From assembly GCA_964653195.1 (NCBI GenBank), contig CAZZCX010000001.1, positions 35,290 to 99,289 on the forward strand: 64,000 bases of DNA. Direction: 5' to 3'. The position numbers and the translations under genes were made by a program. The notes beneath the pieces were generated by a model. It made no database searches. It had not been told where the DNA came from and saw nothing but the letters and a program-made list of their open reading frames with translations. Position 1 is the stretch's first letter, and the number at the start of each line of letters is the position of its first letter. Of this stretch, positions 21,323 to 32,170 are shown in pieces. The stretch comes from an uncultured Gammaproteobacteria bacterium (GTDB taxonomy: Bacteria > Patescibacteriota > Microgenomatia > Levybacterales > UBA12049).

Positions 21323-22492
21323 ATGAGACAGTATCAAAATATCAGACTCATCAAGTGGTTTAATTTTTTTACTGATCTAAAGCTTTACGGTCCAGTTGCT
21401 GTTATTTATTTTGCGCAAATTACCGATTCATTTGCATTAGCGATGAGTGTTTTTTCTGTCGTATTTCTGTCTGCTGCCTTTTTTGAGATACCTACAGGGT
21501 ATATCTCAGATTTTATCGGACGTAAAAATACTCTGATTTTCGGTGCAGTTTCTGCAGTCATATTTACAATTTTTTATGCCATAGGTATATCCTTTTGGAT
21601 ACTAATCGTGGGTGCTGTTTTTGAAGGATTATCACGTGCATTTTATAGCGGAAATAACGAAGCACTTATCTATGACTCGTTAGCAGATAGCGAAAAAGAA
21701 AATTTTGGATCACATTTAGGTAAGTCTTCAGCAATGCTGCAAGTTGCATTGGCTCTCTCAGCATTCATTGGGAGTATTTTGGCAAGTAAGTCATTCAGTA
21801 TTGTTTTGTGGTTGTCTGTAATACCGCAAATAATTTGTTTATTAATTGGTTCTAGATTATATGCACCTCTTAATCAGCACAAAACGGATAATAATTTATA
21901 TTTGCATTTTAAAGAAGCAATAGCTTTATTTAAAGGAAACTTCAGTTTAAAAAGACTGAGTTTAGCTATGATGCTTAACCGCGGAATTGCTGAGGCTGCT
22001 TTTGATTTCCAAGCTGCATTTTATCAAACTATATGGCCTGTATGGGCAATTGGATTCGCAAAAATGCTTTCCTATATAGGTGCAGCTTTGAGTTTTTATT
22101 ACAGCAGTAAATTAATAAAAAAGTTTGGTGAAGTAAATATGATACTCTTCAGACATATAATAAATAGAATACTTTTCTCTATTGCACTCCTGTTTCCCAA
22201 TAACGCTTCGCCTTTAATCATGTCATCAGGATCTTTGCTCTATGGCGCAGAGATAGTAGCTACGCAATCATTGGCACATAAAGAATACTCTGATAAACAG
22301 CGTGCAACTATGGGTTCTTTAGTATCTTTCGGTGGAAGTATTATATTTGCAATAGCTGCTGTTATAATGGGAGCCATTGCCGATTCGTATGGACCGGCAA
22401 AGGCTCTTTTTATCGGACAGTTGACTTTAGTTGTAGTTATTTTTTTGTACTGGTCAATTTACAGAATTGATAAGAAGCATTTTAAAGTATAA
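21323..22492 (+). CDS. MFS-family transporter
   Basis: About 12 predicted TM helices with the usual MFS loop pattern. Confidence 0.6.
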   Translation: MRQYQNIRLIKWFNFFTDLKLYGPVAVIYFAQITDSFALAMSVFSVVFLSAAFFEIPTGYISDFIGRKNTLIFGAVSAVIFTIFYAIGISFWILIVGAVFEGLSRAFYSGNNEALIYDSLADSEKENFGSHLGKSSAMLQVALALSAFIGSILASKSFSIVLWLSVIPQIICLLIGSRLYAPLNQHKTDNNLYLHFKEAIALFKGNFSLKRLSLAMMLNRGIAEAAFDFQAAFYQTIWPVWAIGFAKMLSYIGAALSFYYSSKLIKKFGEVNMILFRHIINRILFSIALLFPNNASPLIMSSGSLLYGAEIVATQSLAHKEYSDKQRATMGSLVSFGGSIIFAIAAVIMGAIADSYGPAKALFIGQLTLVVVIFLYWSIYRIDKKHFKV

Positions 22493-22549
22493 GTGTATAT
22501 AATTTAAACTTCATACTACTACATGCTAATGTGATAAAATAGCCTCCAT

Positions 22550-23218
22550 ATGAAATCTGTAGTATGTGTATTTGCACATCCTGACGATGAGGCTTTCGGA
22601 CCTGGTGGGACAATAGCTCTTCTATCTAAAAAATTACCTGTATACATCATTTGTGTGACAGATGGTGATGCAGGTCAAAATAGTTCAAAAGCGAAAAGAG
22701 ATTTAGGAATAATCCGCAAAGAAGAGTTAAAACGTTCAGCAAAGTTATTAGGTGTGAAAAAGGTTTTCTTCTTAGGCTTTAATGATGGAAGTTTGTGTAA
22801 CTCCCTATATCACGATATGGCTGATAAAATAAAGTCAATAATATCAAGGATAAAACCTGATACCCTACTGACATTTGAACCCAAAGGTGTAAGTGGTCAT
22901 ATAGATCACATTACAGTTAGTATGGTCACGACGTATATCTTTAATAGAGTTAAATATATAAAAAAACTAATGTATTATTGTATTGGGGTGAATCACAGGG
23001 TTTTAGAAGGAGAAAATTATTTTATATATTTTCCTGATGGCTATAAAAATGAAGATATAGATGAAATTTATGATATATCCTCAGTATGGGAACAAAAAAT
23101 TGCAGCTATGGATGCACATCGATCTCAGAAACATGATGGAGTAAATATTCAGAAAATTATCAGGCAATTACCTAAGGAAGAATATTTTTTAGTAAATTTA
23201 AAAAAGAATAATAATTAA
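22550..23218 (+). CDS. PIG-L/LmbE-family N-acetylglucosaminyl deacetylase
   Basis: N-terminal VFAHPDDEAFGPGGT zinc-binding motif; HxDH later. Confidence 0.7.
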   Translation: MKSVVCVFAHPDDEAFGPGGTIALLSKKLPVYIICVTDGDAGQNSSKAKRDLGIIRKEELKRSAKLLGVKKVFFLGFNDGSLCNSLYHDMADKIKSIISRIKPDTLLTFEPKGVSGHIDHITVSMVTTYIFNRVKYIKKLMYYCIGVNHRVLEGENYFIYFPDGYKNEDIDEIYDISSVWEQKIAAMDAHRSQKHDGVNIQKIIRQLPKEEYFLVNLKKNNN

Positions 23219-23228
23219 ATCTACGAAA

Positions 23229-23885
23229 ATGATAAAAGTTTCAGTTTTTACAAATGAAAAAGGAAAATATGGTAATCCCCTGGGTATCGTAATTGATACA
23301 GAAAAGAAAATAAGCCATAAAGAGCGTTTGAAGATCACAAATAAAAGCGGATTAAGCGAATTAGTTTTTGTAGATAATTTTAATAATCGAAAAATAAGCA
23401 TCTATTCTCCTAAGAGGAAAATTTCCTTTGCAGGGCATGCTGTGCTGGGTGCTGCTTTCTTTTTTGAGAAAATATTGAATAAATCAATCAGTAAAATTAC
23501 AACCATGGATAAAGAAATCGATATTTGGTTTGAAGGAGAGAGATTGTGGGCAAAAGGAGAGTTGAGCACTACTCCTTCTTGGTGGCATGAAAAACTGGAT
23601 TTCGTAAACGATTTAGAAATGCTGAAAGGTCCTCAATCAAAAATACAAGGCCATACTCAGTTATGGGCATGGATGGATGAAAAGAAAGGTATAATCCGTG
23701 CAAGAACTTTTGCTGCAGATTGGGGAATACCTGAAGATGAGGCAAATGGTTCCGGAAGTATGCGATTGGCAGCAGCTTTAGGGCGATCCTTGATAATTAA
23801 TCATGGAAGAGGTTCATTGATACACGCTAGGCCATCGGGTCCGGGATATGCTGAGATAGGCGGATTAGTTAAGATTTTGAAATAG
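23229..23885 (+). CDS. hypothetical protein, possibly half-length PhzF/DapF-fold
   Basis: N-terminal FTNEKGKYGNPLGIV resembles PhzF FT..PF.GNP..VV. Only 218 aa. Confidence 0.25.
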   Translation: MIKVSVFTNEKGKYGNPLGIVIDTEKKISHKERLKITNKSGLSELVFVDNFNNRKISIYSPKRKISFAGHAVLGAAFFFEKILNKSISKITTMDKEIDIWFEGERLWAKGELSTTPSWWHEKLDFVNDLEMLKGPQSKIQGHTQLWAWMDEKKGIIRARTFAADWGIPEDEANGSGSMRLAAALGRSLIINHGRGSLIHARPSGPGYAEIGGLVKILK

Positions 23886-23968
23886 ACTTTTTGAATTCAC
23901 CACAGTGAAATAATAGATATAATTTATACATATAGCATGCATAAGTCATACCTAAAAATAAATCAAAC

Positions 23969-25036
23969 GTGATTAAAAAAATAATATTACTATTAGCAGT
24001 GATAGGGATGGGATTATTTGCGATATCAGCGCGGGAAACCTTTAAAGATAGAAATGCCAATATACCCGATCGTAATAAGAAGTCGGATTTGGTTGAAAAA
24101 AAAGAAATGACCTCACTTTTTGTTCCTTATTGGACTCTTGGAGAAGGTATTATGCATCAACAAGATTACGATAAATATTTATACTTCGGAATCACAGCAA
24201 CGCAAGACGGTGTAAGCACCAATGAGCCTGGATATAAAAATCTTTCAACCTTCATTGATTCTGCTGGTGCTGAGGCAGAAAAATTACTAGTTTTAAGGAT
24301 GCTTGATTCGAAAGTTAATTTTGATATCTTGAAAGATACATCAAAACAGGAAAAGCTCATAAGTCAGACTATAAATGTCGCAAAGGAATATGGATTTGAT
24401 GGAGTTGTATTGAATTTGGAACTTTCAGCTCTTCCTTTTGATTCGCTAATTAAGCAAATCAATAGCTTTAATAGTGACTTTTTTAAAATATCTAAGTCAG
24501 ACGGTCTTAGTTACTTTTTAACAATATATGGCGATGTGTATTATAGAATCCGCCCTTTTGATGTAAAAAATTTAGCTGAAAACTCAGACCGAATTATGAT
24601 AATGGCGTATGATTTTTCAAAAGCGAATGGTAATCCAGGACCTAATTTTCCGTTACAGGGAAAAGAAAAATATGGCTATGATTATACAGAACTGGTAAAT
24701 AAACTAATTGCTGAAGTTCAAGCCAAGAAAATTGAAATAATTTTCGGTTTATATGGTTATGACTGGCAGGTAGATAATAAAAATATAGCACAACTTACAG
24801 GTAAATCTTTAAGCCATCTTGAGATAAAAAATTCAATACTCAATAACTGCGATATATTGTCTTGCAGCAACACTCGAGATAATTTATCAAAAGAAAATGT
24901 AGTTACATATATTGGCAAAGACGGGAAGAAGCATACTGTTTGGTATGAAGATTTAGCTTCTATTGAAGAAAAAAAGAATTACTTAAAATCAAAAGGTATT
25001 TACAATTTTAGTCTTTGGGCAAATAGTTACTTTTGA
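23969..25036 (+). CDS. secreted GH18 (chitinase-like) family protein with a non-canonical catalytic motif
   Basis: Signal peptide/TM; GFDGVVLNLE in place of DGxDxDWE; MAYDFS (MxYD motif). Confidence 0.5.
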   Translation: MIKKIILLLAVIGMGLFAISARETFKDRNANIPDRNKKSDLVEKKEMTSLFVPYWTLGEGIMHQQDYDKYLYFGITATQDGVSTNEPGYKNLSTFIDSAGAEAEKLLVLRMLDSKVNFDILKDTSKQEKLISQTINVAKEYGFDGVVLNLELSALPFDSLIKQINSFNSDFFKISKSDGLSYFLTIYGDVYYRIRPFDVKNLAENSDRIMIMAYDFSKANGNPGPNFPLQGKEKYGYDYTELVNKLIAEVQAKKIEIIFGLYGYDWQVDNKNIAQLTGKSLSHLEIKNSILNNCDILSCSNTRDNLSKENVVTYIGKDGKKHTVWYEDLASIEEKKNYLKSKGIYNFSLWANSYF

Positions 25037-25122
25037 TTTCTATATTTAATAATAGCGTTGTGTTTTCTGATCTTGATAAAATGACTATTGACGACTGAGT
25101 TAAAGTATTGTATCATTACATT

Positions 25123-25150
25123 AATCTCATTTCTGATGAGATTTATTTTT
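25123..25150 (+). terminator. hairpin (8-bp stem AATCTCAT/ATGAGATT) followed by a T-rich run
   Basis: Lies between the GH18-like gene and tuf. Confidence 0.3.
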
Positions 25151-25163
25151 CTGAATTTTAACT

Positions 25164-26345
25164 ATGGCAGATAAATTTCAACGCAATAAACCACATGTAA
25201 ATATCGGTACTATCGGTCACGTCGATCATGGTAAAACTACTTTATCGGCTGCTATTGCAACAGTCCTTTCTAAAAAAGGTCTTGCAACCGCTAAGAAATA
25301 CGAAGACATAGATAATGCTCCAGAAGAAAAAGCTCGCGGAGTTACTATTAATATCTCCCATATCGAATACGAAACAGATAAGCGCCATTATGCGCATATT
25401 GATGCTCCAGGACATGCTGATTATATTAAAAACATGATTACTGGTGCAGCGCAAATGGATGGTGCAGTTCTGGTAGTATCAGCTCCTGATGGTCCAATGC
25501 CACAAACCAGAGAACATATACTTTTAGCATATCAAGTAGGTGTTCCTTCAATCGTGGTATTCATGAATAAGTGCGATATGGTACAAGATGCAGAACTTTT
25601 GGATTTGGTAGAGATGGAAGTAAGAGAACTTCTTACTAAATATAAGTTTCCGGGAGATCAAATACCAGTTATTCGTGGATCAGCACTAAAAGCTCTTGAA
25701 GGAGATGCTGAAGCTGAAGCTAAGATTATGGAATTGATGGATACAGTCGATAGTTATGTTCCGACTCCTGAAAGACCTACAGACAAGCCATTTCTTATGG
25801 CTGTTGAGGATGTATTTTCTATAAAAGGTAGAGGTACTGTAGTAACAGGAAGAATTGATAGAGGTATAGTAAAAGTAAATGACACAGTTGAGATAATTGG
25901 GCTTCATACAACAAAATCTACGGTAGTAACAGGTGTAGAAATGTTTCGTAAGCAGCTTGATGAAGGACAAGCTGGCGATAATGTAGGACTATTACTTCGT
26001 GGTATAGAAAAAGATGACGTAGAGCGTGGACAAGTATTAGCTAAACCCGGTTCTATCACGCCGCATACACAGTTTGACGCAGAAGGTTATATCTTAACCA
26101 AGGAAGAAGGCGGACGTCATACCCCTTTCTTTACAGGTTATAGACCACAATTTTATATCAGAACAACTGATGTAACAGGCTCAGTTGACTTGCCTCAAGG
26201 AGTTGAAATGGTAATGCCAGGAGACAATACAAAAATGAGTGTAAAGCTTATTGTACCTGTTGCTTTAGAAGAAGGACAACGATTTGCAATTCGTGAAGGT
26301 GGTAAAACCGTCGGAGCAGGTGTTATCACTAAAATTATTGCTTAA
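25164..26345 (+). CDS. tuf: elongation factor Tu
   Basis: [18 protein letters not shown], and high overall conservation. Confidence 0.95.
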   Translation: MADKFQRNKPHVNIGTIGHVDHGKTTLSAAIATVLSKKGLATAKKYEDIDNAPEEKARGVTINISHIEYETDKRHYAHIDAPGHADYIKNMITGAAQMDGAVLVVSAPDGPMPQTREHILLAYQVGVPSIVVFMNKCDMVQDAELLDLVEMEVRELLTKYKFPGDQIPVIRGSALKALEGDAEAEAKIMELMDTVDSYVPTPERPTDKPFLMAVEDVFSIKGRGTVVTGRIDRGIVKVNDTVEIIGLHTTKSTVVTGVEMFRKQLDEGQAGDNVGLLLRGIEKDDVERGQVLAKPGSITPHTQFDAEGYILTKEEGGRHTPFFTGYRPQFYIRTTDVTGSVDLPQGVEMVMPGDNTKMSVKLIVPVALEEGQRFAIREGGKTVGAGVITKIIA

Positions 26346-26357
26346 GAACTATAATTA

Positions 26358-26386
26358 CATAGGCCGTAAAGGCCTATTTTTTATGA
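26358..26386 (+). terminator. Rho-independent terminator after tuf
   Basis: cataggccgtaaaggcctat stem-loop followed by ttttttat. Confidence 0.55.
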
Positions 26387-26452
26387 CTTCGATTGGGTAG
26401 AATTTGTGCTCTTTAACAGTTTGTTGGTACGTAAATATAAAGGAGAAAGAAT

Positions 26453-26761
26453 ATGCCGAAAGGTAAAATACGTGTACGTTTAAAAAGTTACGATTCCCGA
26501 GTATTAGATGCTTGTTGTCAGCAGATCTTAGATACTGCTATAAGAACAGGTGCAAAAATAATTGGTCCTATCCCCTTGCCTACTGATAGAAGTGTATATG
26601 TAGTAAATCGTTCTCCATTTATTGACAAAGACGCGAGAGACCACTTTGAAATAAGAGTACATAAGCGTTTAATTGATATAATTTCACCAACAGACAAGAC
26701 AATTGATAGCCTGACCCATTTAGAATTACCAGCCGGAGTAGATATAGAGATTAAGATGTGA
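26453..26761 (+). CDS. rpsJ: 30S ribosomal protein S10
   Basis: RIRLKS.D...LD......GPIPLP. Confidence 0.9.
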   Translation: MPKGKIRVRLKSYDSRVLDACCQQILDTAIRTGAKIIGPIPLPTDRSVYVVNRSPFIDKDARDHFEIRVHKRLIDIISPTDKTIDSLTHLELPAGVDIEIKM

Positions 26762-26969
26762 TAGGTCAATTATTCAGAATTTTAATAATTCGCATGAATA
26801 GAATACTAGTATTTTAGCGTCCGAATTAGTATAATCGAGAATACAGGGAGGAAAGATCAGATAGATTAAAGTGATGAGTAAGATCAATTTGCCCAAAAAT
26901 ATTAAAATGAGGAGGTTTGTAAAGGCCTAAATTCGGAATCAGAAAGAATAAGAGTTTCTATCGAGGAGG

Positions 26970-26993
26970 TAGCCGAATAGGCTATCTTTTTTT
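26970..26993 (+). promoter_or_regulatory. small hairpin (UAGCC/GGCUA) plus U7 immediately upstream of the rplC start codon
   Basis: The hairpin lies between a GGAGG at 26964-26968 and the ATG at 26997. Possible attenuator or standby element. Confidence 0.25.
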
Positions 26994-26996
26994 GTT

Positions 26997-27839
26997 ATGA
27001 ATAAGATTATTGGTAAAAAAAAGTTTCAAGCACAGGCATTTTTGACCGATGGGACAAGAATACCAGTAACTTCTATTGAAGTTATGGATAATGTTGTTTT
27101 ATCTGTAAAAACTATTGATACTCATGGATATAATGCTGTGCAGCTAGGTTATGATAAACGGAAAAAGTCTAAAAAGTCTTTATTGGGACATGCCAAGAAA
27201 GCTAATTTGACTACTGCTCCTTTGATTATTAAAGAGGCTCATATAGGTTCGAATGAAGCTTTCAATATTGGGGACGCGATAAGCGTTGATTCAATATTTA
27301 AGTTGGGAGATATAATAAAAGTAACGGGTAGATCGAAAGGTAAAGGCTTTGCTGGAGTAGTTAAGAGACATAATTTTCGAGGTGGTCCCAGAACGCATGG
27401 TCAATCAGATAGAGAAAGGGCTCCTGGATCTATCGGACAAACAACTACACCTGGTCGAGTATATAAGGGCAAAAGGATGGCAGGTAGGATGGGTAATGCT
27501 ATTACATCTTCCTTGAATCTGGAAATTGTAGATATCGAGGAGATAAATGGCTTAAAGAGAGTTTTGGTGAAAGGTTTAGTTCCAGGTGTAGTAAATAGTA
27601 TAGTAACAATAGAAAAAACAGGAGAGTTATCCGAGAAGAAAGTGCTATCTGTTATAAAGCTAGATAAAAAAACACTTAATGAAGTGACTCAGGATCTTTC
27701 GACTGTGACTGAAAACGTAGTTACTACAGATAATGCGTCAAATAGTGCACCAGATAGTTCTGTAAATGAACCAGTTGTAGCCGAGAAAGAAAGTCAAACA
27801 ACAGAAGTTATCGAAACTAAAATAGAAGATAAAAAGTAA
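26997..27839 (+). CDS. rplC: 50S ribosomal protein L3 (with an approximately 70-aa acidic/Thr-rich C-terminal extension)
   Basis: L3 core FKGKGFAGVVKRHNF.GGP.THG. Confidence 0.9.
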   Translation: MNKIIGKKKFQAQAFLTDGTRIPVTSIEVMDNVVLSVKTIDTHGYNAVQLGYDKRKKSKKSLLGHAKKANLTTAPLIIKEAHIGSNEAFNIGDAISVDSIFKLGDIIKVTGRSKGKGFAGVVKRHNFRGGPRTHGQSDRERAPGSIGQTTTPGRVYKGKRMAGRMGNAITSSLNLEIVDIEEINGLKRVLVKGLVPGVVNSIVTIEKTGELSEKKVLSVIKLDKKTLNEVTQDLSTVTENVVTTDNASNSAPDSSVNEPVVAEKESQTTEVIETKIEDKK

Positions 27840-27840
27840 T

Positions 27841-28635
27841 ATGGCCAAAGCAAATCTTAAAAATCAAACAGCATTAACTAAGGTAAGTAAAGCCAAGATT
27901 GAGAAAGTTATGAAAACAGAAAAAGTTCAGAAGGCTATAAAGCTTAAATCTCAACCTGAAACAAAAATATCTAAGTCAAAGAGTGGATTAAAAGTAGATG
28001 TTATAGATATAAGTGGTAAGGTAATTGATTCAATTGATCTCCCTAATGAAATATTTGGGGTGAAAATTAATAAAGCTCTAATAGCCCAAGCGGTAAGAGT
28101 TTATCTTGCAAATCAACGTCAAGGTAGCGCTAGTACTAAAACTAGAGGTGAGGTGCGGGGTTCAACTAGGAAAATTTATCGACAAAAAGGTACCGGAAGA
28201 GCGCGTCATGGCGCAGTTAGAGCACCAATATTTGTACATGGGGGTATTGCGCATGGACCTAAACCTAGGGACTACAGCCTTAAATTACCACAAAAGATGA
28301 AAAAAGCTGCTCTATATTCTGCACTTTCTGCAAAATTGAAAGTAGGTGCATTGACAGTGGTCGACGGAATAGAAAAGACAGATGGAAAAACGAAGTCAGT
28401 AGTAAATCTATTTAACACCAAGAGTAAGAAGACCATAAAAACCCTTTTTGTTATTGAGGGAAAACATGAAAACTTACTGCGTTCAATTAGAAATATAGAA
28501 GGTGTGACTTACGAATATGCTTATAAGCTACACGCTTATGGAGTAATTGAAAATCAAAGGGTGTTTTTTATGAAAAATGCAATTACATTTTTAAAAAAGC
28601 AATTAGATGAAAGAGTAACTGAAGTACAAAAATAA
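27841..28635 (+). CDS. rplD: 50S ribosomal protein L4 (with an approximately 55-aa Lys-rich N-terminal extension)
   Basis: L4 core RQKGTGRARHGAVRAPIFVHGG. Confidence 0.85.
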   Translation: MAKANLKNQTALTKVSKAKIEKVMKTEKVQKAIKLKSQPETKISKSKSGLKVDVIDISGKVIDSIDLPNEIFGVKINKALIAQAVRVYLANQRQGSASTKTRGEVRGSTRKIYRQKGTGRARHGAVRAPIFVHGGIAHGPKPRDYSLKLPQKMKKAALYSALSAKLKVGALTVVDGIEKTDGKTKSVVNLFNTKSKKTIKTLFVIEGKHENLLRSIRNIEGVTYEYAYKLHAYGVIENQRVFFMKNAITFLKKQLDERVTEVQK

Positions 28636-28636
28636 T

Positions 28637-28924
28637 ATGCAAAACGTTATTATTCGACCGCTTATAACTGAGAAATCAATATCTTTAGCAAAAAGCGGTA
28701 AGTATACATTTATAGTTTCCAAAGATGCGGGAAAAAGTAACATAAAACTGGCTGTTGAAGAAGCATTCGGCGTTACAGTTTTGGACATAGTTACATCAAT
28801 GGTAAAAGGCAAAACGTTAAGAACCGGTAAGAGACGGACAGAAATTGTAATTAGTCCTGTGAAAAAAGCAATAGTTAAGATAGCTAAAGATCAGAAGATT
28901 GACCTTTTTGAGCTAGCAGGATAA
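28637..28924 (+). CDS. rplW: 50S ribosomal protein L23
   Basis: Position and size; IIRPLITEKS start. Confidence 0.85.
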   Translation: MQNVIIRPLITEKSISLAKSGKYTFIVSKDAGKSNIKLAVEEAFGVTVLDIVTSMVKGKTLRTGKRRTEIVISPVKKAIVKIAKDQKIDLFELAG

Positions 28925-28927
28925 AAT

Positions 28928-29686
28928 ATGAAACATTTAAAAATTATTAAAAAGAAAAGAACCGGTAGAAGCTCGTCTGGTCAAGTGGTGGTTAGGCATC
29001 AGGGTGGTGAGCATAAGCGATATTTACGGCTAATTGATTTTAAAAGAATGAAAGTGGGAATAAGAGGAAAAGTAATAGGTATTGAATACGATCCTAATAG
29101 GACAGCTGATATTGCTTTAATTCAATATATAGACGGTGATAAGAAATATATATTGGCACCTGATACTCTTTCTGTTGGTGATTCTGTGATGTCCGGGAGT
29201 CAGGTGGAAATTCGACCAGGAAACGCAATGCCTCTTAGTGAGATTCCTGTTGGCACTATGGTCCATAATGTTGAATTGACTAAGGGTAAAGGAGGCCAAA
29301 TAGCAAGGAGTGCAGGGTCAGGAGCTGTAATTTCTGCCAAAGAGGGTAAATTCGTTCATTTACGTATGCCTTCAGGTGAAATGAGACGTGTTCATATGAC
29401 CGGATATGCTACAATCGGACAGTTGGGAAATATAGAGTGGAAGGATGAGGTAATGGGGAAGGCTGGAAGAAATAGACATAGGGGAATTAGGCCAACAGTT
29501 CGGGGAGTTGCACAAAATCCAAGATCACATCCACATGGTGGAGGAGAAGGTCGTTCGGGAATCGGTATGACATCTCCGAAAAATTATACAGGTAGAGTAG
29601 CTGTAGGAAAAACAAGAAATAAGAAAAAACATTCGAATAAGTTTATTATTACGAGGAGAAGTAGTAAGAGTAAAACTAGGAAATAA
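28928..29686 (+). CDS. rplB: 50S ribosomal protein L2
   Basis: GRNRHRGIRPTVRG...HPHGGGEG. Confidence 0.9.
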   Translation: MKHLKIIKKKRTGRSSSGQVVVRHQGGEHKRYLRLIDFKRMKVGIRGKVIGIEYDPNRTADIALIQYIDGDKKYILAPDTLSVGDSVMSGSQVEIRPGNAMPLSEIPVGTMVHNVELTKGKGGQIARSAGSGAVISAKEGKFVHLRMPSGEMRRVHMTGYATIGQLGNIEWKDEVMGKAGRNRHRGIRPTVRGVAQNPRSHPHGGGEGRSGIGMTSPKNYTGRVAVGKTRNKKKHSNKFIITRRSSKSKTRK

Positions 29687-29773
29687 TTAAGTGTTTATGA
29701 CTAGTTGTTAACGACGAGAAAACATAAGTTGCTAAATAGTCTAAGTAATAAATTCTTAATAAATAACTAAAAT

Positions 29774-30058
29774 ATGTCAAGAAGTAGTAAAAAAGGACCA
29801 TTTATAGATCAAAATTTACTTAAAAAGGTGATGGCCCAGAAACAGTCTGGATTGAATTCATCAATTAAAACCTGGAGTAGGGCAAGTCAAATTCCGCCTG
29901 AATTCGTGGGTCATACGTTTATGGTGCATAATGGTCGGATATTTGTAAGTGTTTTTGTGCATGAAAATATGGTGGGAAGAAGACTTGGTGAATTTTCTCC
30001 AACCAGGACATTCAGAGGCCATGGAAGGGTTGTCGCCAGAGAGATAAGCAAGACATAG
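29774..30058 (+). CDS. rpsS: 30S ribosomal protein S19
   Basis: [11 protein letters not shown]...HNGR. Confidence 0.9.
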   Translation: MSRSSKKGPFIDQNLLKKVMAQKQSGLNSSIKTWSRASQIPPEFVGHTFMVHNGRIFVSVFVHENMVGRRLGEFSPTRTFRGHGRVVAREISKT

Positions 30059-30140
30059 CATAAAGCTGAGTGAATTAATAATTAGCGCAAAGCGTTAAGT
30101 AAGTTAAGTATTTGACATAAAAGTAATATAAAAAATACAA

Positions 30141-30539
30141 ATGAAAATACAAGCGATAAGTAGAAACGTTAGAATCAGTCCTAGAAAAGTTCGATTAGTA
30201 GCTAACGCAGTGAGGAATTTGTCTGTGGGTAACGCTTTGGTTGCATTAAAAGTGACTCGAAAGCGGGCTGGAGTAGCTATAGCCAAGACTATAGAAAGTG
30301 CTTTGGCAAATGCGGTGAATAATGCAAAACTTGATAAGGGAGTTCTTTCAATATCGGATATTGAAATAAATGAGGGGCAGGCTCTTAAGAGATTTCATCC
30401 ATCAACTCGTGGAAGAATTCATCCATATAAAAAAAGAAGCTCGCATATAAGAGTAATTTTAGAAGAAAGAATATCACAAGAAGTAAAAAAAGCAGAACCA
30501 AAAATTGTAGAAAAAAGGAAGGAGGATAAAAAGTTATAG
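30141..30539 (+). CDS. rplV: 50S ribosomal protein L22 (Lys-rich C-terminal tail)
   Basis: ISPRKVRLVA... Confidence 0.85.
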   Translation: MKIQAISRNVRISPRKVRLVANAVRNLSVGNALVALKVTRKRAGVAIAKTIESALANAVNNAKLDKGVLSISDIEINEGQALKRFHPSTRGRIHPYKKRSSHIRVILEERISQEVKKAEPKIVEKRKEDKKL

Positions 30540-30570
30540 TTTATAACTTATAGCTAATATCTTTAAACAT

Positions 30571-31218
30571 ATGGGACAGAAAGTAAATCCACACATTTTA
30601 AGGCTTAATACAGTATTTCGCTGGAATAGCAGGTGGTTTGATGAAAAAGAATATAAAAATACTGTGCTTGAAGATTTCCTGATTCGAAAGTTACTTCGGG
30701 AAAAGTTGAAAAGCGCAGGAATTTCAAAAATTGATGTCGAAAGATCAATCAACAGTATTAAATTAATCTTATACGTTGCCCGTCCTGGTATAGTTATCGG
30801 TCGTGCAGGTTCAGGACTGGAAGAATTGAAGAAAACGATAGTGAGTTTTTTTAGGAATCAACGTAAAGATAAGCAATTGCCAAAGCTTGATATTCGAGTT
30901 GAGCCAATTAAAGAGCCGAACTTAGATTCTTATCTAGTCGCGAAAAGTATAGCAGATCAGCTTGAGCGAAGAATGCCTTTTAAAAGAGTCTTGGTCCAAA
31001 CCGCTGATCGTGTGATGTCATCGGGCGCCAAGGGAGTAAGAATCTTACTTTCTGGTAGAATAGCTGGTGCTGAAATTGGAAGACGGGAAAGAGTGCAGTT
31101 GGGTACAGTACCATTATCAACAATTAGAGAAAACATTGACTACTCAAGCCTTCCTTCTTTGACGAAAAAGGGTTATATAGGAGTCAAAGTTTGGATTCAT
31201 AAAGCGGAAGGAAAGTAG
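30571..31218 (+). CDS. rpsC: 30S ribosomal protein S3
   Basis: MGQKVNPH..R, KH domain, GRIAGAEI.R.E. Confidence 0.9.
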   Translation: MGQKVNPHILRLNTVFRWNSRWFDEKEYKNTVLEDFLIRKLLREKLKSAGISKIDVERSINSIKLILYVARPGIVIGRAGSGLEELKKTIVSFFRNQRKDKQLPKLDIRVEPIKEPNLDSYLVAKSIADQLERRMPFKRVLVQTADRVMSSGAKGVRILLSGRIAGAEIGRRERVQLGTVPLSTIRENIDYSSLPSLTKKGYIGVKVWIHKAEGK

Positions 31219-31306
31219 AATTTATTAAAATGTTATTTATTAACGAGTTAACGAGTTAGGTAAAACTAGCTAATAAATAACTCTTTAATAAATTAATATA
31301 AAAAAT

Positions 31307-31726
31307 ATGTTAGTACCAAGAAGAGTAAAATATAGAAAACAAATGAGAGGTGTCATGAAGGGTAATGCTACACGTGGTGTAGAGCTTGCTTATGGTGAAT
31401 TTGGTTTATCAGCTCAATCTGCCGGATGGATATCAAGCAGGCAAATTGAATCAGCTCGTCGGGCAATTACGCATTATACACAACGTGGTGGTCGGGTATG
31501 GATTATGATATTCCCAGATAAGCCAATCACAAAAAAACCGCCTGAAGTCCGTATGGGTAGCGGAAAAGGTGATGTGCATGAGTATGTATCAACAGTAAAG
31601 CCGGGTAGAATTATGTTTGAGATAGGCGGAGTATCGGAGATTATGGCGAAAGAAGCCTTGAGACGGGCATCCCATAAATTGCCGGTTAGAACAAAACTAG
31701 TGTCTAAGAGAGGATTAATGGTATGA
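31307..31726 (+). CDS. rplP: 50S ribosomal protein L16
   Basis: [11 protein letters not shown]. Confidence 0.9.
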   Translation: MLVPRRVKYRKQMRGVMKGNATRGVELAYGEFGLSAQSAGWISSRQIESARRAITHYTQRGGRVWIMIFPDKPITKKPPEVRMGSGKGDVHEYVSTVKPGRIMFEIGGVSEIMAKEALRRASHKLPVRTKLVSKRGLMV

Positions 31727-31938
31727 AAACAAATGAAAGAAAAGAATTGCATAAAAAATCTATAGATGATCTTAATAAGTCACTTGCTGAAAAACAAAAT
31801 GTGCTGAGTGAATCACGCTTGTCACATACAAGAGGGAAGCTAAAAAATCCGAGAATATTAAGATCTATAAAAAGAGAAATAGCTCAAATAGCATCGATTC
31901 TTAGAGGAAAGGAGTTATCAAATGGCAAAAACACTTAA
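31723..31938 (+). CDS. rpmC: 50S ribosomal protein L29
   Basis: Size, position, and helical K/E-rich sequence. Confidence 0.8.
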   Translation: MKTNERKELHKKSIDDLNKSLAEKQNVLSESRLSHTRGKLKNPRILRSIKREIAQIASILRGKELSNGKNT

Positions 31939-32170
31939 CGGTATAATCAAATCAACTGATATGCAGAATACTGTTATCGTAGAGGTAACCCGTAGAATTC
32001 CTCATCCTAAATATAAAAAACTTATGAAAAGAAGTAAGAAATTTGCTGTTTCGTTAAATGGCAATACTGTAAAAGTAGGAGATTCTGTTACGATCACTGA
32101 AACAAGACCAATTTCCAAAAGGGTACATTTCTTGATTAGTAAAATAAACGGAAAGGAAAAAGTTTTATGA
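31922..32170 (+). CDS. rpsQ: 30S ribosomal protein S17
   Basis: OB-fold sequence; position. Confidence 0.85.
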   Translation: MAKTLNGIIKSTDMQNTVIVEVTRRIPHPKYKKLMKRSKKFAVSLNGNTVKVGDSVTITETRPISKRVHFLISKINGKEKVL

